A DNA stretch of 64,000 bases from Octopus vulgaris (GCA_951406725.2 OX597815.1:151218001-151282000), one strand, 5' to 3'. Positions 1 through 12,734 are shown, counted from the first letter of the stretch. Program-made: numbers and translations. Notes: generated from the sequence alone by a model not told the origin.

Positions 1-59
1 AATGATCTCGTTTGAGATTACAAACATCTTTGGCTAGTTTAACATTGTTGTGTCCACTA

Positions 60-145
60 TTTTGATTGGTTGCCATCTAAGCGTGATTTGTCTCTACTTA
101 TTTCGCGCCACTGGCCAAAGCCAACCAATCACGGCTTATAATAAT
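60..145. promoter_or_regulatory. Candidate promoter: two oppositely oriented CCAAT boxes around an E2F-consensus site, followed by a TATA-like tract
   Basis: GATTGG 64-69, TTTCGCGCC 101-109, CCAATCA 125-131, TTATAATAA ~136-144; local CpG density is above the window background. No transcript evidence. Confidence 0.4.
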
Positions 146-671
146 TCGTTAAGAATATGACCACATGCGATCGTATTCCCTACACAATGCGACCTCGTGC
201 GTTCTTATTTCTTACACTGGCAACAACACTGTAGCTGGAAGCAGGATACTAATCCAATTCTACACTTTATCACATTTCAAGAATATAAACACGTTTTTAA
301 GCACAACACAAGAGGAGTCAAAAAGAAACACTACCTTACACCAGCACACCAGGGTCGGCACTGTGTGAACCACAGTGCTCTCTCTCTTTAGTGTGCAGCT
401 TCCTATCTCAGACATGGGAGAATGTGTACAACAGCCAAACACCACATCACTGGAACTGTGAAGCGCACAGTTCTATACAAGGACTTTTGTATTTTTTTCA
501 TAAACTAGGGGATGTCCATTGACATTAATCTTAAGGATTATATAATGTACAAGTATGAAGAAAGAAGGACTCATTATATTGAATGTTATAGATAATATCA
601 AGTGGAAATGGGGGTGCAACAGTTCTGCAGTACCTATACATGAGCTGCCACTGATTTATTTACATTTAATA

Positions 672-858
672 CAGTTCTATATTTAAGAGATGAGGAATTA
701 CGTACATTATTTACATTTGACAGATATTTGTCCTCATCATCTTTGCTGTTAACACAACGTTTCGGTTGATATACCTTCCGGCCTTCATCAGGTGTCTTGG
801 GGAAATTTCGAACCAGGGTTCTCATTCCTAAGGTATTTTTCGATGTTATTATTATCAT
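672..858 (-). mobile_element. Hammerhead-bearing Penelope-like short element, 5'-truncated single arm
   Basis: Same sequence as the 17663, 40037 and 48560 loci. The minus strand reads GACAC-CTGATGA-AGGCCGGAAGGTATATCAACC-GAAACGTT-GTGTT and ends with ...TCTCTTAAATATAGAACTG. Confidence 0.8.
751..796 (-). ncRNA. Minimal type I hammerhead ribozyme motif
   Basis: Core CUGAUGA and GAAA intact; palindromic ACGU stem III; stem I GACAC/GUGUU. Stem II is partly mismatched in this copy. Confidence 0.65.
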
Positions 859-1734
859 TGCCTTTGCACAGTTTCTAATGCTGGGGATGTAGTGTCAGCT
901 GTTCACTACCAGTGAACTAAGGTAACACTTATTATTATTATTATTATTACTATTATTATTATTATTATTCACTACTTGGAATCAAACTAAGGAGATAGCC
1001 ACATTGGTCCCTGTCCCGACACAAGCTGCAGCTCATCTGAATTTTCTTCTTCATTTGTTGGGCCATAACTCTTTCTGTTACTTTCATAACTTAGTCCCCC
1101 AATTTGAAACCTTTTTTGTTGTTCCGTTCAAGAACATATGCTTTACTGTTGAAGTAGTAGTAGTAGTAGTAGTAGTTGATGATGATAATGATAATACACT
1201 AGCCAAGGGGAATGACTCATTCCTGAAATACTTGGCTAACTGTGCAAGTGACTTAGTCCCTCTTCTACTTTCCCTGATGGTTCAGTTGCTTCCCCTGCTT
1301 TTATGTATCTTTATTTGCCATTTTGACCTTGTAGTTGTCTCTCTTCCATTACTCCCTCTTCCATCAACCAGCCATCTTCTCCCTTCCTCTCTCTCATTCT
1401 TTTCAATTATGTTCTTACTCCCATTATCCTCATGTACTGCATCTCTCCCACAAATCTGCCTCTTCTATTTTGGTTATATTGATTTGATTGTATTCAATCT
1501 CCTTACCAACAACAGTCATGTAACTTCAGCCTCTCAGTCACATTTTTCTAATTCAAATTCTTTACCAACAACCATCTTGTAACTTGGTTCATTACATCAA
1601 ATATGTTAGCACTGACTTTAGTATCAACTGAACATGTTTGTTCATAAAATCCATTTTCCAAGTTTGGTTACCTTCACTTATAATAAAACCAAGCACATTT
1701 CTTCTTGGCAGCTCATGTAAACAAAACAGGTGAA

Positions 1735-1880
1735 GCCCATGTGCAGGCAAATTAGCCAGAAAGATTTTCTGCCAGATGCACGTAAGCACTTTACTGATGT
1801 CAAATGCAATGACAAATTTTTTGTTCAATTTCCGGAGAGCAAGGGACAACTGGTGAATGACATAAGGGAGTAAATCTTTA
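1735..1880 (-). mobile_element. LINE reverse-transcriptase remnant (CR1/L2/Jockey-like)
   Basis: DLLPYVIHQLSLAL...FVIAFDISKVLTCIWQKIFLANLPAHGL resembles the RT motif LD(I/F)SKAFDxVWH..LL.KL..YG. Confidence 0.6.
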
Positions 1881-2364
1881 GAAGGAAGAGGAGGAGAGGG
1901 GGATAAGAAGAAGGAGGAAGAAGAGGAGATGAAGGAGAAGAAGAAAAAAGGAGGAGGAGGGAGGGAGGAGGAGAAGGGGAAATAGGAAGGTGATGATGAT
2001 GATGCAGCTTTGTGAATTAACAAATTATTGTACTATTGTTAAGTACTCTGAACATGGTCACTGCAGACTGTTGGTGGTATGACATGATCCACACCTGAGA
2101 GTCTCCATATTCACTGAAATATTCTTTGATTCTCTAATCCTGTCCCATATCAAAAGAAATCCTTTATCTTTATTGCACATAACAAATTAAATTACAACAC
2201 ATGCAATCCAAAGTCTTCTGTACTTTATTATCAGTAGAGTTGTTATCAGTATTAATTCTATACCCAAGATAACAGACGAAAATCCATTTCTGTTTATTTT
2301 GCTTAACCTACTTCTTAAAAAGTAATAAAATAAATTTACTTGTATGTCAGTATCTTTCTATTTA

Positions 2365-2415
<51 letters not shown>

Positions 2416-2420
<5 letters not shown>

Positions 2421-3559
2421 AATTAGAGATAAAACCACTATTATGCAACTCAAACAGTGATAGACATAAACCAAACCATAAATAACAAATAAAATATATT
2501 TTTATATAACATATAACTAGATCTCAAAACGTATAAAAATGAATAATCAATATATAATAAGTAAAAAAAACTATGTATGTTTCATGGCTACAATTAAATT
2601 TAAATAAATTCAATTTAAAATTATAGTCAATCTTCAGGTTAACAATAACAGTTAAATAAATAAGCAAATAGAGTTAAACAATATTTATTTTAAAAAATAA
2701 ATAAAATAATAATTTTTCTTATAGAAAAAACTCCATTAACTAAATTTGAAACTTAAAACATTAGGATTATTTCCTACAACACATTTATTATGTTAAATAT
2801 TTAAGGTAAAAGAAAAAGTAAATATATATATATATATCATTGCTATTATGCAAAAGTGTTGTAAGTCTAAAACATTGCCTTTTCAGAAAACGGAAAAATA
2901 GTTTCACTATTCCATAGCAAAACCATTGTACAACACTTTGATAATTTAGGGTATCTTGGCATCTGAACCAGCTGGAGATAAGACAGTTTGACCAAAAGAA
3001 CCAGCTATTATAAGCAAAAATAAGTATTGAAAAAAAAAAACACATTTGGCCAAATTTGGACATACAGCAGTTTAACATAATAGCAACAATATATATATTG
3101 GAGAGAATTAAAACAAAGCTTTCACTTTATGGTATTATAGCAGTAACTATGGAAGACTTATGGGATCATTATTTGTAGGGACTTAAAGTTTGGTTGCAAT
3201 TTAATATACAATTTAGTTATTGCAGGTTTACTATTAATATCGATACAGATAGACATAGATTTATGTGTTTCTTGTTGTAGTTTGATTTTAAATTTAGTGT
3301 TTAATCCTGCCTGTATTTAGCATGAATACTGTTGTACATAGGGTAAATGTGTTTCAAAGCTGTTTTTTTTTCTTTTTCTTTTTTGGTATGTTTGTTCCCA
3401 AACAACACTTCTTTTAGTGCTGTTAACACTGCTGGATTGAATGGTAATACCCAAATGTCAAAACCATAATGATATCTGTGGGGCATCTGTTGATGGAGGT
3501 ATGTTGGATTGTTGGTATGGCTGTTATTGTATATGTGGAATAGTGTTATAACACATCCT

Positions 3560-3563
<4 letters not shown>
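2416..3563 (-). mobile_element. Possible degenerate Penelope-like retroelement remnant with a hammerhead-like motif at 2571-2643
   Basis: Minus strand CTGAAGA-T-TGACTATAATT...AATTGTAGCCA-TGAAAC with a long AT-rich stem II; bounded by (TA)n tracts; weak peptide traces (IWVLPFNP) near 3430-3460. Confidence 0.4.
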
Positions 3564-3597
<34 letters not shown>

Positions 3598-3600
<3 letters not shown>

Positions 3601-4070
3601 GACCCGACAAATGAAGTGAGTTTGTGGCTCACAGGACGGCCTGCTGTGCTTACCTTGGATGGTAGGGCGACCAGCTGTGCTTGAGGAGACCTACTGAGTC
3701 AAGAACATCAACATCAAAATAAAAATTTAATGGAAATTGCAGTTGTGATACCTGTGCAAGTGGCACATAAAAAAACACCATCCAAACGTGGCCGATGCCA
3801 GCGCTGCCTTGACTGGCATCTGTGCTGGTGGCACATAAAAGGCACCAACTGATCGTGGACGTTTCCAGCCTCCCATGGCCCAGTGCCAGTGGCACATAAA
3901 AAGCACACACTACACTCACTGTGTGGTTAGCATCAGGAAGGGCATCCAGCTGTAGAAACACTGCCAGATCAGACTGGAGCCTGCTGCAGCCTCGTGGATT
4001 CTCAGACCCTGGTCGAACTGTCCAACCTATGCTAGCATGGAAAACAGACGTTAAACGATGATGATGATGA
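3598..4070 (+). mobile_element. RTE LINE 3' fragment (family C) with (GAT)n tail inside a (TA)n tract
   Basis: Shares its 3' end with the ORF-bearing copy at 5331-6575; (TA)n on both sides. Confidence 0.85.
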
Positions 4071-4689
4071 TATATATATATATATATATATATGAATTAA
4101 ATAATGAGGGTAGAAATTGATATTAATCAATTAAATCCAGTGGCTTAGCATATTTTGGGTGAGCGTTCTGTGTCTAGTTCTGGAAATTGTGTTTTGTGAT
4201 GAGCTTGCAGTATTTACATTCATAAATATTAACAAGAGAAACCATTGGTACGTAGGTAATTATTTTTTATTTTGTATATTTTCATTTGTCTTGCTCATTT
4301 TTACATTCTAGCATTTTGCTGAAATTTTTTTCTTGAGAGCACACTCTTCATGGTAAGGCGATTTGATGTCTATCTCTAGCATATTAGGAGTCCACCTTGG
4401 TAGTCATTCCTCTTAATTTTGTATATATATATATATATATATAGTGTGCGTGTATATGTGTTTATCTCCCACCACCATTTGACAACCAGTGTTGGTGTGG
4501 TTACATCCCCATAATTTAGGAGTTCAGCAAAAGAGACCAATAGGATAACTACCAGGTTTCAAAAAAGAATATATGTAAGCACTGGGGTTGAGTCATTTGA
4601 TCAAAAATTCTTCAAGGTAGTGCTCCAGCATGGCTGTAGTCAAATGGCTGAAACAAGTTAAAGATGAATGATAACAGATATTTACACCC

Positions 4690-4790
4690 CTGCAGAGCAT
4701 TTGGTTACTGGAGAATGTTGCAGGAAAGAATCGCAAGACGTATTCTTCAAGCTAAGCCAACTGGCAAGAGAACTAAGGGCAAACCCTTAT
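4690..4790 (+). mobile_element. Short RTE-type ORF C-terminal remnant
   Basis: AFGYWRMLQERIARRILQAKPTGKRTKGKP resembles the RTE motif W.GH..RM..ER...IL...P.GKR..GRP. Confidence 0.5.
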
Positions 4791-5179
4791 TATCCATTCT
4801 CTTAGTCACACTTGGGAATCAAGCAAAGAGGTGTAATAACGGTCACTTCTGATTGGGATCCTATGGAGAAGGTACCTGAAAACTCTCCCCCACTGCACCC
4901 CATTAGGAATTGTGGGTAGAGACAATGGATAGATGGATGGTGTTAATGAGGTGATGCAGAAACAACATTCACTCACACACACACACAAACATGCTGGCAA
5001 TGGGATTGAACTTGAAACCACTTGATTGCAAAGTGAACTTTGTAACCACCCAACACTAACCATGCTTAATAAATGATTGAACAGATTCCTTCAGTCACAC
5101 CACATTCCATCATTCATCTTTTAAATGTCAAGTTATTGGATTGACCATTGGAATGATCAACAGCTGGCACAGGACATTA

Positions 5180-6812
5180 TAGGTGCAGGAGTTGCTTCCT
5201 AACCACATGGTTCTGGGTTCAGTCCCACTGTGTGGAACCTTGGGCAAGTGTCTTCTACTACAGCTTCAGGCACATCAAAGCCTTGTGGCTGGATGTGGTA
5301 GACAGAAACTGAAAGAAGTCCATTGTATATCATCATCATCAACATCGTTTAACGTCCGTTTTCCATGCTAGCATAGGTTGGACGATTTGACCGGGTCTGG
5401 GATGCACCAGTCTGATCTGGCAGTGTTTCTACAGCTGGATGCCCTTCCTAACGCAAACCACTCTGAGTGTAGTGGATGCTTTTTATGTGCCACCGGCACA
5501 GGTGCCAGGGGAGGCTGGCAACAGTCACGACCGATTGATGCTTTTTACATGCCACCTGCATGGAAGCCAGTCAAGGTGGCGCTAGCATTGGCCACATTCA
5601 GATGGTGCTTTTTATGTGCTACTGGCACAGGTATCCAACTGCAATTTCCATTTGATTTTTATTTGATGTTGATGTTCTTGACTCAATAGGTCTCCCCAAG
5701 CACAGCAGGTCACCCTACAATCCAAGGTAAGCACGGCAGGCCGTTCTACAATCCAAGGTACTTTTGATGGGCTGTGGCTGCTATGTGAAGCTGTTGCAGG
5801 AAACAGCCATGAACTCACATTATTTGTCAGGTCTTTGCAGTCATAGCATGTCTCCAGAGATCTAAGTCTTTTGTCATTGCCTCTGTGAGGACCAACGTTA
5901 TGTTTGACCACCTCATCCCATGTCTTCCTGGGTCTACCTCTACCCCGGATTCCTTCAACTGTTTGGGAGAGGCACTTCTTCACACATCTCTCCTCATCCA
6001 TCTGTTGTACACGACCATACCAGCGCAAAAGTCTCTCTTGCACGCCACATCCAATGCTTCTTATGTCCAGCATTTCTCTAAGGGTGCTTACACTGTCGTG
6101 TGTGCACACTGACAATTACACATCCAGTGGATCATGCTAGTTTCATTTCTTTCAAGCCTATGCAGTCACAGCCCATGTTTCACTACCATGAAGCATGGCA
6201 GTTCGCACACGTGTGTCGTACAATCTACTTTTCACTCTGAGTGAGAGACCCTTTGTCACCAGTAGGGGTAGAAGCTTTCTAAACTTTGCCCAGGCTATTC
6301 GTATTCTAGTGGTGACAATCTCTGAGCACCCACCTCCACTACTAACTTGGTCGCCTAGGTAGCGAAAACTATCAACTACTTCTAGTTTCTTCCCCTGGAG
6401 TGTGATGGGATCTGTTTTCTGAGTATCTGTGGTGTCTATTGCTCCTGTGCATCTGCTGCACACGAAAGCTATCTTCTCGGTTAATTTTCCTTTGATGATG
6501 CAGCACCTCTTATGGGTCCAAAGCTTACACTGGGTAAATCTTATGGAGTTTCTACCTACTCCTTTTCTACAGATACATACATACATATATATATGCACAT
6601 GTGTGTGTGTGTTTATTTGTTCCCCTACCATCACTTGACCACCAATGTTAGTGTGTTTACGTCCCTGTAACTTAGTTGGTCGGCAAAAGAGATCGGTAGA
6701 ATAAGTACTAGGCTTACAAAGAATAAGTCCTGGGGTCGATTTCTTCGGCTAAATGTGGTGCTTCAGCATGGCCACAGTCAAATGACTGAAACAAGTAAAA
6801 GAATAAAAGAAC
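5180..6812 (+). mobile_element. SINE family B split by the RTE insertion (head 5180-5330, tail 6576-6812)
   Basis: The two halves rejoin to match intact copies such as 35650-36048 and 62422-62845. Confidence 0.85.
5331..6575 (-). mobile_element. 5'-truncated RTE-clade LINE (family C), ORF C-terminus plus 3'UTR, nested in a SINE
   Basis: Peptides KLEVVDSFRYLGD..RIRIAWAKFRKLLPLL..LSLRVK.RLY..VR.AMLHGSETW and LRWYG.V..MDE.R.VKK...VEG.RGRGRPRKTW; (GAT)n tail at 5331-5349; disrupted by stops and frameshifts. Confidence 0.9.
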
Positions 6813-7045
6813 ATGCTTTCTACAGCAGCGAGCTAGCTGAATTGTTAGCACACCAGGCAAGTGCTTTGTGGATTTTCATCCAAGTTTACATTCTGGCTCC
6901 AAATTCCACCAAGGTCGATATTGCCTTTCATCCTTTCGCACTCATTAAAGTAATTACCCGCAGATTACTAGGGTTGATATAATCAACTTATTCTCTCCTC
7001 CAAAATTGCTGGCCTTGTACCATAATTTAAAACCATTGTATAATG

Positions 7046-7168
7046 CAGTTCTATATTTAAGAGATGAGGAATTATGTACATTATTTACATTTGATGGATA
7101 TTTGTCCTCATCTTGTTTGTTGTTAACACGTTTGTTAGCAACAAACAAGATGAGGACAAATATCCATC
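7046..7168. mobile_element. Short fold-back of the hammerhead element's 3' tail
   Basis: GATGGATATTTGTCCTCATCTTGTTTGTTGTTAAC...GTTAGCAACAAACAAGATGAGGACAAATATCCATC; the axis is at about 7131. Confidence 0.8.
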
Positions 7169-8866
7169 GTTGGTGGAATTTGAAGTCGGAATGTAAACTT
7201 GGATGAAAATGTACATTGCATAATGGTTTCTGACTTACGCAGAACTCCAGTATTTAACTGGTACTTTATTTCAGTAACCCCAGGAAGTGACTGTGTGTGG
7301 CCTAGTGGTTCAGGTTGTTGCACTCATGATTGCAAGATTGCAGTTTCGATTCCTGAACCAGGCAGTGCATTGTATTCTTCAACAAAGTACTTTATTTCAT
7401 GTTGCTCCACTCCACTGAGCTGTAATAGAACAACCCTACACAAGACTGGCAACCCATCCAGGGGGAATGATGTGATTTCAGACACTTAAATGCCATGGAG
7501 GCTGGGTAAGAGGCCCTAGGAGTTCAAGGACTTAAAGACAATAATGTCCAAGGATTGATGATAATATCTGATGATATGAGGGCATCCAGCCATGAAAACC
7601 GTGCCAAAACAGACCTCATTGGCAACCATAATCTGCAGCTTCTTTTGCTACCAGGCTACAAATTTTGTTATGCCTGGTAAGTCATGGCCTTTTAAGAGCA
7701 CCACAAACTCCACTGATGTGGGAGATCGTCTCTGCCCCTATTTTACACCTTGGACACATGGAGTCCCCTTGGCTCCCACATGTCAATGTCTCTCGGGTGG
7801 GAAATACATTCAAGCACATCTTGAGTAAACTCAAGAAGCACTTTTCCATAATCTCACACGGGCTACTAATCCACTCTGTGAAGTGGTTGGTGTCAGGAAG
7901 AGCATCCATCCAGCTGTAAAAACCATGCCAAAACAGTGGAGCATGGTGTAACCCTCTGTCTTGCCAGTTCCTGTCAAACTGTCCAACCCATGCCAGCAAT
8001 GGAGATAAACATTAAAGGATGATGATGATATTAAATGTAACTAATCTAGTGGGTTTTTTTACAGCATCACTGTCCATCCTTAAAGAGGTATGACATTATA
8101 AACAAAATGAATATTTGATCATGATAAATATGAAATAAAGAACTGCCAAGAAAACAATTTGCAGGATTCGTTTTGTTTTTTTTAATTTAATTTTATTATT
8201 TTTTTTTCTTTAATCAGAAAATTGGAAAATAAAAAAGAAAGTGAAAAGAAAGAAAGAAACAAACAAGAATTGTCAAATGTATAACAAACAACACATAAAA
8301 CATTGTTTCATAAAAAAATATTGAGGACTGACAATGAGCAAGGAAGTATATTATCCATTATGGAAGACTATTCAATGCAATCATCTCTCAAACAACATGT
8401 GATTTTACACTCATGCACAGAGAGAGAGAGAGAGAAGCAGGAACTTCCTTGTTGCAAAAACACACATACACACAATACTTTGTGTTTGAAGAAATGAAGG
8501 GTGGGGAAGCTGTTTTATTAACATTAAATCACTGGACAAAAATCACCAAAATTAATTGGTAAATATAAATACACACATACGTATGTGTGTCTGCGTGCAT
8601 GTATATATATACACACACATATATACACAATATATAAGCATTGGATTCAAATTATGAAGCGAAACCCACTGTAAGCACTGTGAAGACCCAGCTATCAAGT
8701 AACAAAGATAATTGAAGTCCAACATAATGTGACAGAACCATGCAACTGAAAATCTGGGATGTGCAAACAGTAATCACTGTAGAGTGATGTAACTAAGTGG
8801 ATTATGAAACAGCTGTAACCTCTAACACTCTTCTGACCTCTTGCCTCAATTTTTTTCCTTATTTTA

Positions 8867-8900
<34 letters not shown>

Positions 8901-9888
8901 ATGAAGAACTTTAATTCTCTGTAAGAAGAGTATCGATACAAATCACATTTGTAAGGAAGTAGAGCATAACAAATAAACACACACCAGTTAGGAAAACATG
9001 CAATGCACAGAATTGGGTTTTCATTGCACCTAATGTTTACAAAGAGGGGAGAAAAAGGTTTAAGATGAAACTCAGCTGGGAAATGAAAAAAAAAATTTTT
9101 TTTAATGTCAAACCTTATGAAGGTTCTCACATGAAAGAAAAAAAGTCATATTTTAATTTCAATAGAAAATTCTGTCGTATGCAAAAGTTGCAATTTTTCA
9201 GATGTATATAAATAAACTTTAAAAATATACACTATATATATATTTATGTATATGAGAAATGCTAAGCATAAAGAGGAAATAAGAGAAAAGGAAAGAATGC
9301 AAGATCTTGTATTCACATAAATAAATGAGAAATTACACTAGGAAATGCAAGAATGGTTTACAAATGGGTGTTTAGACCAAAAATAAGTAGGATTAGAATG
9401 GTCATTATTAATGATAATCTTGCAAAGAATGATGACAATATATTTCTGCAACGCACACACACACACACACACTCAAAAGCTTGCACCTTTTTGTTTTTGA
9501 ACTGTTGAAGAGAGAAAGAGATGGTGGTGGTGGTGGTAGTGGAGAGAAGCTGTTTTAATTAGTAAAGTGATAAGGTCTCATATTTATCAATAGACATGAA
9601 GTTTGCCATGTTTGGTAAACGAGACAGAAGGATATTAACACACAAATTTGAAGAGATATGGTTATTCCGGAGAAACCAGAGGTCAAATTACAACAGGGTC
9701 AATATATGTGTGTGTGTGAGCACATCATATATATATACACATGAGATAGCTGGAGAGAGGAGATACATTGTGGACTTCTTCAAACAAGAGTATTCAATGT
9801 GTTAATTTTATCATTTCATCACTGAATTGCTGACTTAAGTAAAAACTTATTGTACTCTCAATCTAAGTTTATATAACTACACAATATA

Positions 9889-10463
9889 CACCAGACATGC
9901 AGAGAGTAAATAGACACCTTTAATTTTCAAAATTTCTGATCTAAGCGTCTTAATATGCTTTCAAAGGTGTAGAATTTACAATGTAATTATTCTTTTTCAT
10001 TCCAAGTGCCATTATATTAAACATTTGCAAAGAGTAACCATGCCACGCACAAAAAATTCAGCAGAACTGTCAGATTTTCAAAGAGGTCATATTATTGGGC
10101 AATCTGAGGTTGGTCTTAGCCAGCGAAAAATTGCCAAAAATCTTCAAATTCCTCTTGTTACTGTTAATAGAATTATAGTGCAATTCAAAAGTCAAGGAAA
10201 AGAATCAACAGATTCTTGTCCCGGCCTACGTGGGCCCTCGGAAAGGAAGCTTCGCTGTTTGAAGAGAATTGTGGAAAACGAACCTCGTTCAAAGGCTTCT
10301 GACATTGCAAAACAGCAATGTTCAAGAACATGTGTTACATATCTGCATACGCTTGGGTATTATGGACGAGCAGCTAGAAGAAAACCTCTCCTTCAACCAA
10401 TTAATATCAAATAAATGCTTTTGAAAATTAAAAGTGTCTATTTACTTCCTGCATGTGTGTGTG
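9889..10463 (+). mobile_element. Internally deleted Tc1-like DNA transposon
   Basis: TIRs ACATGCAG..AGTAAATAGACAC.TTTAATTTTCAAAA / TTTTGAAAATTAAAAGTGTCTATTTACT..CTGCATGT; encloses the transposase N-terminus. Confidence 0.88.
10040..10414 (+). pseudogene. Truncated Tc1 transposase: paired-like HTH DNA-binding region only, DDE domain deleted
   Basis: MPRTKNSAELSDFQRGHIIG...GLSQRKIAKNLQIP..TV.RII...GRAARRKPLL then stop immediately before the right TIR. Confidence 0.85.
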
Positions 10464-10469
10464 TGTATG

Positions 10470-10500
<31 letters not shown>

Positions 10501-10649
10501 GTAAATACTGTATTCTGAAGTCTTCAACAGACTAAGAACATTCACCAAATGTTAGAGTCGTTAAATTTTCTATTTGTTAACAACTGACAGAAAGTTATTC
10601 TACTAATCAAACTGCTATTTGTATTATATCCAGCAATCAAAACAAATAT

Positions 10650-10698
<49 letters not shown>

Positions 10699-12348
10699 GT
10701 GTGTGTGTATATACACATAAATCTTAACTTTTAGCACAAAGTTTCACCTCTAAATCCCTAACCCTCCTTTGTCAATTTTGCTATATAAATATTCTATAAA
10801 AAAATTTGCTTTTTAGAGAAATTTTAAGCAAAATATTATAAATGGTTAAAATGTGTGTGTTTAAATAACCATAGTAAGGGCAGGTGTTGAGTTAGTATTG
10901 ATATATCTGACAAGATAAATAATAAAAACTCCAAATCAAAAGAAAAGAAAAAGACGAAGAATTGTGATTTCTCACACTGTTGTAATAGCTTAAGAAGTGG
11001 ATAGAGGTAAAAATTTATACTGAATCAAATTGAAATCATCTTCCTTATTTACTTACTTTAATAAAATGAAAGCTAAGATGACGATGGGAAGGAATAAAAC
11101 TCACATCGCATTATTTAGTTCTCTGCAGTCTCACCCACCTCCAACTCTTTTAATAATGTTTCTAATACAGGCACAAGGCCTGAAATTTTGCAGAAGAGAA
11201 TCAAACTAACTCCAGTATTTACCTGGTACTTTATTTTTATTGATCCCAGAGGGATGAAAGGCAAAGTTGACCTCGGCAGGATTTGAACTCAGAATGTAAA
11301 GCGCTAGAACAAATCCTACTAAGGAATTTGTACAACACGCTAACATTTCCACCAATCCATTGTAATAATAATAATAATAATATTGTAAAAGAGAAGAAGG
11401 AAAAAATTATTGAATTACCATAATTACAAGTATGAAAGTACAAACATAGAAATTATAGCAAAATTGTTTTTTTCCTTTGTTCATTGCTTTTTTTTTTAGT
11501 TGAGGTAGTCTCCCAGATGGCACAGTCCACTGGCAGTTAGGAGTAAAAGACCAAAAGTAGTACAAATAGCAAAAGTTCTCAAACAAATGAAGGATCTCCC
11601 ACAAATCATGTAGACAGCCAACGTGTTTTCGTCTTATTTTTGGTTGTATATATTAATTTTTTTTTTGATAAGAAAACAAAACAAAAAACAAACAAGCCAT
11701 GAAAAGTCATTTGATTTCATCATATTAATTCAATAGAACTTGAATTTTATAAGCAGTGATTAATTAACCACTTCATCAATGAAACAAGCTGCACTCAAAA
11801 AGTGGAATGGAAAAAAGAAAAAAATAATTAAATTATAATTTTTTTTTGACACCTTTTGCAATCAGCTTCAGAAATGTTGATAAAGTATATACACACACAT
11901 ATATATATAATATTGTTAGTGGAGAGGTGAGTCTATAGAAACATGGTCAGTCCAATCAGATCAGAGAATTCCAAGTCAGAACTCTGAATGCCATTAAGGT
12001 TAATCAATGACTGAGTCTAGTAAAATATATCTTGGCCATTTTGTGGTTATGGACCAAGCTAGTATATGTTTATTTATATATATATATATATATAAAAATT
12101 CCTGTATGGGTCATTGCCAGTGCTACCTGACTGGCTCCCATGCCAGTGGCACGTAAAAAGCACCCACTACACTCTCAGAGTGGTTGGCATTAGGAAAGGC
12201 ATCCAGCTGTAGAAACATGGTCAGTCCACTCAGACAAGAGAATTCAAAGTCAGAACTCCGAATGTCAGTAAATTTAATTAATAACTAGCAAAATATATTT
12301 TGCCCGATGGACCACACTAATATTTGTTATATACATATATTATATATA

Positions 12349-12734
12349 CAGTGATACCTCGCAGTACGAGTTTAATTCGTTCCATGACCAAGCTCGTTTT
12401 ATAATTTACTTGTTTCACAAATCAATTCTTCCCACTGAAATTAACTAAAATATATTTAAACTGTTTGAGCCTCCCAAAAACCACTCAAAAATAATTTTTT
12501 ATGGATTTTAAAACAGAAAACTTGTAGTTACAACTAAAATGACAATCATAAAGAAGAGAACGCAAAAGAAAAATGTAAACTGGTTTTATTAACTGAATTA
12601 CCTTAAAGATGGGATGATTTGTGTGCTTGTACTGCGGATCTCTGCTTGTACTTCAAGACAAAAATTTGCACGAGTCTTGGCTCATACAGCAAATTACTCG
12701 TACAATGGAGCACTCGTACTGTGAGGTTCTACTG
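12349..12734. mobile_element. Tigger/pogo-type MITE
   Basis: TA-CAGTGATACCTCGCAGTACGAGT ... ACTCGTACTGTGAGGTTCTACTG-TA: TIRs with TA target duplication. Confidence 0.8.

Noticed and set aside
1004-1582. 192-aa hydrophobic ORF
   Set aside because: Non-ATG start, low-complexity and repeat-derived sequence, and no recognisable domain.
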